Shown one piece after another: positions 6,921 to 14,843 of a DNA stretch of 25,351 bases. Each line of letters begins with the position of its first letter. Positions within the stretch are counted from its first letter, which is position 1. Under the pieces are notes generated by a model. That model worked only from the letters and a program-made list of their open reading frames with translations, was not told the DNA's origin and ran no database searches. A program made the position numbers and the translations under genes. Source of the DNA: a virus (taxonomy: Duplodnaviria; Caudoviricetes); IMG/VR virus record IMGVR_UViG_3300006193_000049, positions 1 through 25,351 of that record; one strand, given 5' to 3'.

Positions 6921-9752
6921 ATGGCTAAAAAATTTGATTTTCTTTCACCCGGAATTGACATCCGTGAGATCGACCAAAGCTTTATCCCAGCTCAAGTGGA
7001 TGACGAAGGACCAATCATTATTGGTAGAACGAGAAAAGGACCAGCAAACAAACCAGTTAAGGTCAGTAACTTAGACGACTTCGTCTCTGTTTTTGGATTA
7101 CCTATCCCTGGTGGTAATGGCGCCCAAGGAGATATGTGGAGAGACGGTAATATGACTGGACCTACATATGCATCTTATGCTGCTCAAGCATGGCTTGCAT
7201 CAGAACAGTCTCCAATAACAATTGTTAGACTTGCCGGCGAACAGGCAACTGGAGCAACAGATGCCAATGGCGGAAAAGCCGGATGGGAACTTTCTGGAAC
7301 AGCAAGTAGTGTTGCTGCTGAAAACTCAACAGCATATGGCTTATTTTTAGTTGCCTCAGGTGCCACAGATTTCGGCACAGGTGCTTTAGCTGCTGTTTTT
7401 TATGCAGACAGTGGGTATCTTGCCTTAACAGGTACAAGCGTTGCTGACAATGCAGCTAAAGAAGAAGCTGGTACATTTTTCCAGTCTTTAGAGAACAATG
7501 AGTACAAATTATCTGTGTATAATACCACAGCAAAGGTTGGAAACTCAGTTACCTTTAACTTTAATAGAGACTCTTCTAGATATATCCGCTCAGTATTCAA
7601 TACCAATCCTCAATTGGTAAACGATGAAACAACACCATCGGCACAAAGAAAAACTTATTGGCTAGGAGAAACTTTTGCACGAGAAGTAGATACTCTTACT
7701 TTGTCTTCAAGTGCAGGAAAATCCTATGCATTACTTCTTCCACTCTTAAGTGGATCTGGTACAAACAACAACTGGGGTGACCACAGAGAAGCCGCTACTG
7801 AATCGCAAACTGGTTGGGTTGTTTCTCAAAAAGAAACGGATCAAGCAAAGTTGTTTAAACTCAAATCTCTACATGTTGGAAACGAAATTGAGAAAGATTA
7901 CATGATTGCAATTGAGCAAATCAATGCACCATCAAACCCTGTCGTAAACCCTTATGGGACATTTACAGTTGTTATTAAAAACTTGAATGGTCAAACGATA
8001 GAGCGTTACTCAGGATGTAACTTAAATCCCTCTTCTCCAAATTACATTGCAGCCAAAATTGGGGATCAATTCCTTGAATGGTCAGACTCAGATCGTCGCT
8101 ATAGAACCTATGGAGACTTCCGGAATCAATCTGACATTGTTTATGTTGAAGTTAAACAATTTGTGAAAGACGGTGCTGGACAAGGTTATTTACCTGCTGG
8201 ATTTATTGGACCTGTTCGCCCGAAAGGCTTCACTCTTACCAGTGGTTCAGCTGACGCAAAAGGATTCGGTAATGTCGCAGCAACATTTGCTGGTGCATTC
8301 ATCAAAGGATCGGGTTCCGTACCCTCTACAGCGACCGAGAACATGCTAGCTTATGGCCCTGCTGCTTATACAGCATCGTTTAACTTCCCTTCGATTCCTT
8401 TGAGACAAAATGGAACAGAAGGTGGAGCAGCAAATCCATACTTGGCTTATTACGGTATTCGACCAAAGATTTCAGCCGCATCTAGTCAAAATGATCCAGA
8501 TTACGTTGATTACATAAGAAGGTTACCAGTTGGCGCCGGCGGCTTTAGAAATGAAGCTGGTGGGGATTTTGAGAACTCTTTCATATTTACTTTGGACGAC
8601 TTGCAAGTCACAACCGGTTCTAACACTGTTGCTTATGTTTCAGGAGCTTATGATGCGGGATCGGCGGCAGATCAGAGTTTCACAAAAGTCTCTGGTACAT
8701 TCGCTCAACTTCTTGACTTAGGTGTCCAACAATTCTTGATGCCTCTTAATGGTGGTTTTGATGGTTTTGACATCACCGAGAAAGAGCCGTTTAGAAATAT
8801 TCCTAGTACAAGAAACGATGACACTAGTTATTTGCAATACACACTGAATAAGGCTTTAGATTCAGTGTTGGATCCAGAAGTTGTACCAGCCAATTTGTTG
8901 TTGATGCCGGGTATTCGCAAACCGGTTATCACTAATAGAATCATTGACGTTGCCGAGAGCAGAAAAGATGTTCTTGCAATTATTGACCTCGAAGGTGACT
9001 ACACTCCTTCTGCCGAAAGAACAGATACAGCTTCAGAACAAGACTCACTTGGCTCAGTAACAACTGCTGTATCTAATATCAAAACAAGAAATCTCAACTC
9101 ATCTTATGCTTCGGCATTTTATCCATGGGTTCAGATTTCCGATAATCTAAATGCATCACAGTTGTTGTGGATTCCACCTTCTATTGCAGCCTTAGGTGCC
9201 CTTGGAAGGTCACAAGCGCAATCAGAGCTATGGTTTGCCCCTGCTGGCTTTAACCGTGGTGGACTAGGCTCTCTCGGCGGTTCTCGTGGACCTAAAGTAA
9301 CACAAGCACGTCAACGACTGGACTCTAGAGAAAGAGACTTGTTGTATGATGTAAACATTAACCCAATCGCTACTTTCCCTGCTGAAGGTCTTGTGATTTT
9401 CGGACAGAAAACTCTTCAAGCTGATAGTTCTGCTTTGGATCGTATCAATGTACGTCGTTTAGTGCTTTACTTAAAGGCTCGCGTGTCAACGATTTCTAGA
9501 AACCTTTTGTTTGACCAAAATGTTGAATCAACTTGGAACAGATTTAAGTCTCAAGTTAATCCAATTCTTTCCGATACAAGATCAAAATTCGGCTTGTCTG
9601 ATTATAAATTGATCTTAGACTCGACAACCACTACAGCAGACTTGATTGACCGCAACATTATGTATGCAAAAATTTATATCAAACCTGCCCGTGCTATTGA
9701 GTACATCGTTGTTGACTTTGTAATCACTAAGACTGGCGCAGATTTTGTATAA
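6921..9752 (+). CDS. gp18: Contractile tail sheath protein (T4 gp18-like)
   Basis: N-terminal FLSPGIDIREIDQS, IIGRTRKGPANKPV; C-terminal WFAPAGFNRGGL, INPIATFPAEGLVIFGQKTLQ..SALDRINVRRL, IYIKPARAIEYIVVDFVIT. Confidence 0.95.
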   Translation: MAKKFDFLSPGIDIREIDQSFIPAQVDDEGPIIIGRTRKGPANKPVKVSNLDDFVSVFGLPIPGGNGAQGDMWRDGNMTGPTYASYAAQAWLASEQSPITIVRLAGEQATGATDANGGKAGWELSGTASSVAAENSTAYGLFLVASGATDFGTGALAAVFYADSGYLALTGTSVADNAAKEEAGTFFQSLENNEYKLSVYNTTAKVGNSVTFNFNRDSSRYIRSVFNTNPQLVNDETTPSAQRKTYWLGETFAREVDTLTLSSSAGKSYALLLPLLSGSGTNNNWGDHREAATESQTGWVVSQKETDQAKLFKLKSLHVGNEIEKDYMIAIEQINAPSNPVVNPYGTFTVVIKNLNGQTIERYSGCNLNPSSPNYIAAKIGDQFLEWSDSDRRYRTYGDFRNQSDIVYVEVKQFVKDGAGQGYLPAGFIGPVRPKGFTLTSGSADAKGFGNVAATFAGAFIKGSGSVPSTATENMLAYGPAAYTASFNFPSIPLRQNGTEGGAANPYLAYYGIRPKISAASSQNDPDYVDYIRRLPVGAGGFRNEAGGDFENSFIFTLDDLQVTTGSNTVAYVSGAYDAGSAADQSFTKVSGTFAQLLDLGVQQFLMPLNGGFDGFDITEKEPFRNIPSTRNDDTSYLQYTLNKALDSVLDPEVVPANLLLMPGIRKPVITNRIIDVAESRKDVLAIIDLEGDYTPSAERTDTASEQDSLGSVTTAVSNIKTRNLNSSYASAFYPWVQISDNLNASQLLWIPPSIAALGALGRSQAQSELWFAPAGFNRGGLGSLGGSRGPKVTQARQRLDSRERDLLYDVNINPIATFPAEGLVIFGQKTLQADSSALDRINVRRLVLYLKARVSTISRNLLFDQNVESTWNRFKSQVNPILSDTRSKFGLSDYKLILDSTTTTADLIDRNIMYAKIYIKPARAIEYIVVDFVITKTGADFV

Positions 9753-9755
9753 GCC

Positions 9756-9763
9756 ACTAATTA
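9756..9763 (+). promoter_or_regulatory. Putative late promoter motif ACTAATTA
   Basis: Variant of the recurrent motif, 23 nt before the tube ATG. Confidence 0.55.
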
Positions 9764-9786
9764 AGAATAAATAGGAGATAATTATC

Positions 9787-10362
9787 ATGGCATTTTGGGG
9801 AAACGACTTGGGCTCTAGGGATATTAGAGACCCTAAGAGAAAATTCAGATTTAAAATTCTGATTACTGGACTTAGTGATGGCGATGAGGCACTAGTGTGG
9901 TATGCAAAAACCGTAACAAAGCCAACTATCAACATCGGTGCTGATACTACGCATAAGTACTTGGGGCACACATTTAATTTCCCAGGTAGTGTAACTTGGG
10001 ATCCCATTGAATTAACCCTAGTGGATCCTGGTGGAGATAAAGATGATGCAGCTGAAAAGTTGCTAAATATTATTGATGGTGCCGGATACAACTTCCCTCG
10101 GGCTAAAGAAGACTTGGAAACCATTTCTAAAGCAAAGTCCGTAACAGCATTGGGTTCTGTTACGATTTCTCAATTGGATGCCACCGGAGCATACACAGTC
10201 GAGCGATGGAAGCTTCACAATCCTTTTATCAACAAAGTATCTTTCAATGATCTTAGTTATGAAGACGACGGACTATCTGAGATTAATGTCGGTATCACAT
10301 ATGACTGGGCAGAGTTCTCTAAAGGTAAAGATGGCGCCGGCGATTCGAAATTTTTTGAGTAA
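9787..10362 (+). CDS. gp19: Tail tube protein (T4 gp19-like)
   Basis: Follows the sheath; DPKRKFRF, AKTVTKP, FPGSVTWDPIELTLVDP, ERWKLHNPFI..VSFNDLSY, ITYDWA. Confidence 0.88.
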   Translation: MAFWGNDLGSRDIRDPKRKFRFKILITGLSDGDEALVWYAKTVTKPTINIGADTTHKYLGHTFNFPGSVTWDPIELTLVDPGGDKDDAAEKLLNIIDGAGYNFPRAKEDLETISKAKSVTALGSVTISQLDATGAYTVERWKLHNPFINKVSFNDLSYEDDGLSEINVGITYDWAEFSKGKDGAGDSKFFE

Positions 10363-10375
10363 CAAGGAGTCTTAG

Positions 10376-11002
10376 ATGACATGGTGGGGAAATACACTAG
10401 ACGCTAGATCATTTCATCCAAAAATGAAATCTAGATTCGTTATAGAATTTGGAAACAAAGGAAGGTTGCTTGCCATATCATCTTGTGGCAAGCCAACCGT
10501 CAATATAGCAGCTAAAGAATATAGAATGATTAATCATCACTATAGCTTTCCAGGTATACCGAAATGGGACCCTATCACCTTTACTTTTGTTGATGGTGGG
10601 ACCTTCTCGTATTTGGCCGATAGAATGACAAGCGATGTGTTTTGGGAAATGCTCGTGAAGTCAGGGTACACTCCTCCCAACATAGAAGTTGAAGGCGTGG
10701 GGACTGATGGTTTATACAGACCAACCTATTCTCCTTCCAAGAATTTAATGAGTGCAGAATCTTTTACGGGTGATGTAATACGCATACACCAACTCAAACC
10801 AGAAGGTATGGCGAACAACCGTATTCAAAGTTCAGAGACTTGGGAGCTTTACAACCCTATTATAACAAAAATGTCATGGGGAGAACTTTCCTATGCCGAT
10901 GATGGCTTGGTCGAATACACAATGGATGTAAAGTATGACTGGGCAATTATGTATAACGCGAACGGAACTGTGGATACAGTTGCGACGCCTAATAATCGAT
11001 AA
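10376..11002 (+). CDS. Second tail tube-like protein (paralog of 9787-10362)
   Basis: Shares the pattern WWGN, PKMKSRF, KPTVNI, FPGIPKWDPITFTFVD, ETWELYNPIITKMSWGELSY, VKYDWA with the upstream tube gene. Confidence 0.82.
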   Translation: MTWWGNTLDARSFHPKMKSRFVIEFGNKGRLLAISSCGKPTVNIAAKEYRMINHHYSFPGIPKWDPITFTFVDGGTFSYLADRMTSDVFWEMLVKSGYTPPNIEVEGVGTDGLYRPTYSPSKNLMSAESFTGDVIRIHQLKPEGMANNRIQSSETWELYNPIITKMSWGELSYADDGLVEYTMDVKYDWAIMYNANGTVDTVATPNNR

Positions 11003-11014
11003 CCAGAGGTTTAA

Positions 11015-11851
11015 ATGAGAAGAAATAATGAAGACAGGTTGCTGAAGGGACACAGTCCCACCCCAACCGAAGATGCTCCAGCGATGGCGAATCCCATGGA
11101 CTTTGTCACTCCAACGCAATTTGTAGAACTTCCGTCAAAAGGAAGATACCCTGAAGGTCACGCTCTACATAACAAAGAGTCAATTGAAATTAAATATATG
11201 ACAGCAAAAGACGAAGACATCTTAACCAATCGTTCTTTGCTCAAGAAAGGATTAGCTATTGACAGACTCATCAAAAATGTCATCAAAGACTCCGGTGTTG
11301 ACTCTAGATCGCTACTGGTTGGAGATAGAAATGCTATCCTAATCTACGCTAGAGCTTCCGCTTATGGAGAAGATTACAATACAAAAGTGAAGTGTCCAAA
11401 CTGTGAAACTGTTTCAAAGTTCACATTTGACCTGCATGATCACGAAGTGTTTCATGGAGACTCATGGACGGATAACGGCTTGTCAAGTAACTCTGATGGG
11501 ACATTCTCTCTTACACTACCAACGTCTAATATTGTAGCAAGAATTAGACCAATGGTTGTAATGGATGAGATCGAACTTACAAACAAAGAGAACTCAAAAA
11601 AATCTGAAAAGGAAATGGTTACTCAACAAATTAAGAAGTTTGTAATCTCTTTTAACGGATACGACGACATCCCGACCGTCAACTACGTTGTCAACAATAT
11701 GATCGCAAAAGAATCTCTACTATTAAGAGATGCTTTTAGATCTATTTCCCCAGACATAGTTATGGAACAAACATTTACGTGCAAGAATTGTGACCACGAG
11801 GAGGTTATGTCCGTCCCTTTCGGGACCGACTTTTTTTGGCCTAACTCCTGA
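11015..11851 (+). CDS. Baseplate hub/tail assembly protein with two CxxC motifs (T4 gp26/gp51-like family)
   Basis: VELPSKGRYP, IKYMTAKDEDILT, GDRNAILIYARASAYG, KCPNC and TCKNC; ends FFWPNS; lies between tube and tape measure. Confidence 0.75.
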   Translation: MRRNNEDRLLKGHSPTPTEDAPAMANPMDFVTPTQFVELPSKGRYPEGHALHNKESIEIKYMTAKDEDILTNRSLLKKGLAIDRLIKNVIKDSGVDSRSLLVGDRNAILIYARASAYGEDYNTKVKCPNCETVSKFTFDLHDHEVFHGDSWTDNGLSSNSDGTFSLTLPTSNIVARIRPMVVMDEIELTNKENSKKSEKEMVTQQIKKFVISFNGYDDIPTVNYVVNNMIAKESLLLRDAFRSISPDIVMEQTFTCKNCDHEEVMSVPFGTDFFWPNS

Positions 11852-12008
11852 GTATATGGAGCAAGTATATGAATCATTCTTCGTATTGAAACATTATGGA
11901 GGATGGTCATTGTTTGAGTTGTATAACTTACCAATTGGACTTCGCGACTGGTGGCTCAAGAGAACCATGAAGGAATATGAAGACCAAGCAAAACAATCAA
12001 AAAAGTAG
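11838..12008 (+). CDS. Small tail-assembly ORF, reached by +1 frameshift from the upstream gene or by restart at ATG 11856
   Basis: GLTPEYMEQVYESFFVLKHYGGWSLFELYNLPIGLRDWWLKR resembles the short gp51-annotated proteins of T4-like phages. No clear SD; overlaps a T7 run at 11831-11837. Confidence 0.7.
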   Translation, partial: GLTPEYMEQVYESFFVLKHYGGWSLFELYNLPIGLRDWWLKRTMKEYEDQAKQSKK

Positions 12009-12017
12009 AATTCCAAC

Positions 12018-12048
12018 AATGCTCAGCAATTGCTGAGCATTTTTGTTT
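12018..12048 (+). terminator. Perfect 24-bp palindrome with T tract; probable terminator
   Basis: AATGCTCAGCAA|TTGCTGAGCATT (12018-12041) followed by TTTGTTT. Confidence 0.75.
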
Positions 12049-12052
12049 GAAA

Positions 12053-12060
12053 ACTAATTA
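12053..12060 (+). promoter_or_regulatory. Putative late promoter motif ACTAATTA
   Basis: Recurrent motif, 23 nt before the tape measure ATG. Confidence 0.55.
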
Positions 12061-12083
12061 TGTTATAAAACGAGGGCAACGAA

Positions 12084-14843
12084 ATGGCTGATGATACTGA
12101 AGGAACAGGCGAAGATCCTAAAAAACTATTGGACGATGCTAGAAAATTAGCTGATGAAAAACTGAAGGGATTGCAATCCGAACTAGAAGCTAGAGAAAAA
12201 GTTCTGAAATCAATAAGAGAGCAGGGCTTAGCTGCGGATGAATTGGCGAAACAGGCTTTGGACGCTGCGGTCGAGCAAGCATTAGCTCAAGAAGAAATAA
12301 ACAAACTTCGCAAAGAGCAGCTCAAGATCATCCAGAGCACAGCCGGAGATGCAACTGCACGCAAGGAAGCGCTGGCTGATAACATGAAGGAGATCGAAAA
12401 TTTAAAAGACTCAAACAAAGCTCGACAAAAAATCATAAAAACCAACAACGAATACAAAAAGACTAAGCCAATTGAGGGTCTGAAGGGTCTTCTAAAGGCA
12501 CAAAAAGATGTAATCGGTTCGTTAACCGATTGGAGCATAGCTGGGAAAGAATTGGGAGGCTCACTTGGTGGCCTTGCTGGTAAGATGAAAAATGTTGGTA
12601 AAGATGGTGGACGCTTGAATAAGATCATGGGTGGTGCCTCAAAAGCTACTGGTGGTCTTGGAAAAGCGGTGGAAAAAGGTGGGTTAGAAAAGTTAAGTAA
12701 AGGATTGGGCCAACTAAGCAAACTACCCGTCATTGGTGATAAATTTGCAAAACTTAAAAAAGGGCTTGATTTTGTAAAGGGTGTCCCAGAAATGGCTCAA
12801 AAGGTTCAAAAATTAGGAAAAGTGATGCAGGGACTTAGTAAAGTCAGAGGGCTTGGATGGATGGCTCGCGCTGGAACATTGTTATCGGGTATGAGTGTTG
12901 GGGCGATTGCTCTTGCAGCAGGTGTTGCTATTGCTGTTGCAGCTCTAGTTGCGGCTGTGTTTGCAATTGGTAAAGAAATAGATACCATGTCTAAGCAAAT
13001 TGCATCGGCAACTGGGTTTGCAAACGACTTTCACTCACAACTGACTGAGACTCAAGCTGCAACTTTTTCGGCTGGGGTATCCTTTAAAGAATTAGCAAAG
13101 ACTTTGCAAGCATTGTCAACTGGTTTTTCAAAATTTGATCCAAAAAATGAAGCTGTTAACAACAAATTGGTCGAGACAGTGTCATTGTTAGGAAAGATTG
13201 GAGTAACAGCTGAGACCTCGGTAAAAGCAATAGACCACTTCACAAGAGCTATGGGTATGTCAGAAGCCGTTGCGGCTGATATGACAGCAGAGCTTGCAAT
13301 GACAGGTCGCCAAATGGGGATAACATCTGGCAAGATGGTGTCAGACTTTTCTAGCGCCTCTGGTAGATTGGCTATGTATGGGGCCGACAATATCAAAGTA
13401 TTTAAGGATCTTGAGGCTCAAATAAAGGCAACGGGTCTTGAAATGAATACCATGTTAGGTATCTCACAACAATATGACTCGTTCGATAAAGCAGCAGAAT
13501 CAGCTGCTAAACTAAATTCAGTCTTGGGAACTCAACTATCATCCTTGGAACTATTAAACGCTACGGATAGTGAAAGAATTACAATGATACGTCAACAAGT
13601 AAAGCTCTCTGTCGGAGGTAACTTTGATTCTTTGGACAAATTCACCAAATTACACATCGCAGAAGCAATGGGTCTTAAAGATGTAGCAGAAGCGCAAAGA
13701 TTATTGAATATGGAACAATCAGAATACAACAAATACCTGAACGCAGCCAATGAAAATCTCTCAGCAGACGAACTAAAGAAAAGAGCACGAGAGAACGTAA
13801 CATTAGGCGAATCCATGGGAGTGATGGCTGATGGGTTTGGCGCATCAATGAAAGAGGCAACACTCTCAGCCTCTCGGATGGTCAAGACGTTTAGTACGAT
13901 GTTTGTCTCATTGGGCGAGGGACTGGCTGGAAGTCAGGTTCTCAGATTTATTGGGGCTGCCCTTGCAATTATTTTCGAGATCATAACTGCTATTACTAAG
14001 CCTCTTGGATATTTTCTTGGGTGGATTGCGTGGGGGGCGGACCTCATCCTGACCCCTTTTGCGGCAGTCTTAGAGCTTGTTGCGCATGGATTTAGACTTC
14101 TTTTCGATGTGCTTCACCTTTCTGGTTCGCCAATGCTCTATTTGTTGCCCGAATATATGGCCAAAGGATTCGAGCTATTGGGTAATGCAGCGGCATGGTT
14201 GGGCAATAAGTTAATGTCGCCCGTGAGGGCGTTGAGTGCCTTGTGGGATATCTTTCACAAGCCAGGCTCCGATATGCTATATGAACTTCCAAACTACTTT
14301 GCAAGGGCACTGGACGCGGTTTCTGCCGCAGCAGGTACATTAGGCAATGTGTTGCTGTTTCCCGTGAAAGCCTTGGGCTTCTTGTGGGATATCTTTCACA
14401 AGCCAGGCTCAGACATGTTATATGAACTTCCAAACTATTTTGCATCTGCATTGGGAGCTGTATCTGGTGCTGCATCGATTTTAGGATCTATTTTGTTCAG
14501 CCCAGTCAAGATGTTACAATCTTTCGCGGAAGCTTTCATAACAGTTAAAGATAATATTAGCGAAATCGTTGGAGACATGACTGGTCTCTTGGCTGTCATA
14601 AATGAGTTTGCGTCTTTAGATTTCGATGGATTTATCGCAGTTCGAGCCGATGGAGGATCCACATCTATGGTCATGGGCTCGGAAGGGATCATCAAACAGA
14701 TGAGCGAAGGAAAGCTGGAGATAGATATAAACATGCCAGAAATCAAACTTCCAGAAATAAACATTGAAGTTGTCTTTATGGACAATAAATTAGAAGGCAT
14801 CATTGATGCACGCATAGCAGCGAAAGTCGGTGGAGCAGGATAA
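12084..14843 (+). CDS. Tail tape measure protein
   Basis: 919 aa, helical and A/G/K/L-rich, with an N-terminal coiled coil, hydrophobic segments and internal repeats. Canonical position after tube and chaperone-like genes. Confidence 0.85.
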   Translation: MADDTEGTGEDPKKLLDDARKLADEKLKGLQSELEAREKVLKSIREQGLAADELAKQALDAAVEQALAQEEINKLRKEQLKIIQSTAGDATARKEALADNMKEIENLKDSNKARQKIIKTNNEYKKTKPIEGLKGLLKAQKDVIGSLTDWSIAGKELGGSLGGLAGKMKNVGKDGGRLNKIMGGASKATGGLGKAVEKGGLEKLSKGLGQLSKLPVIGDKFAKLKKGLDFVKGVPEMAQKVQKLGKVMQGLSKVRGLGWMARAGTLLSGMSVGAIALAAGVAIAVAALVAAVFAIGKEIDTMSKQIASATGFANDFHSQLTETQAATFSAGVSFKELAKTLQALSTGFSKFDPKNEAVNNKLVETVSLLGKIGVTAETSVKAIDHFTRAMGMSEAVAADMTAELAMTGRQMGITSGKMVSDFSSASGRLAMYGADNIKVFKDLEAQIKATGLEMNTMLGISQQYDSFDKAAESAAKLNSVLGTQLSSLELLNATDSERITMIRQQVKLSVGGNFDSLDKFTKLHIAEAMGLKDVAEAQRLLNMEQSEYNKYLNAANENLSADELKKRARENVTLGESMGVMADGFGASMKEATLSASRMVKTFSTMFVSLGEGLAGSQVLRFIGAALAIIFEIITAITKPLGYFLGWIAWGADLILTPFAAVLELVAHGFRLLFDVLHLSGSPMLYLLPEYMAKGFELLGNAAAWLGNKLMSPVRALSALWDIFHKPGSDMLYELPNYFARALDAVSAAAGTLGNVLLFPVKALGFLWDIFHKPGSDMLYELPNYFASALGAVSGAASILGSILFSPVKMLQSFAEAFITVKDNISEIVGDMTGLLAVINEFASLDFDGFIAVRADGGSTSMVMGSEGIIKQMSEGKLEIDINMPEIKLPEINIEVVFMDNKLEGIIDARIAAKVGGAG
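14100..14444 (+). repeat. 141-bp (47-aa) period tandem repeat within the tape measure
   Basis: LFDVLHLSGSPMLYLLPEYMA (14100), LWDIFHKPGSDMLYELPNYFA (14241) and LWDIFHKPGSDMLYELPNYFA (14382). Confidence 0.9.

Noticed and set aside
11830-11844. -1 frameshift at the T7 run
   Set aside because: The -1 frame reaches TAA at 11842-44 almost at once; only the +1 (or -2) frame gives an extension.
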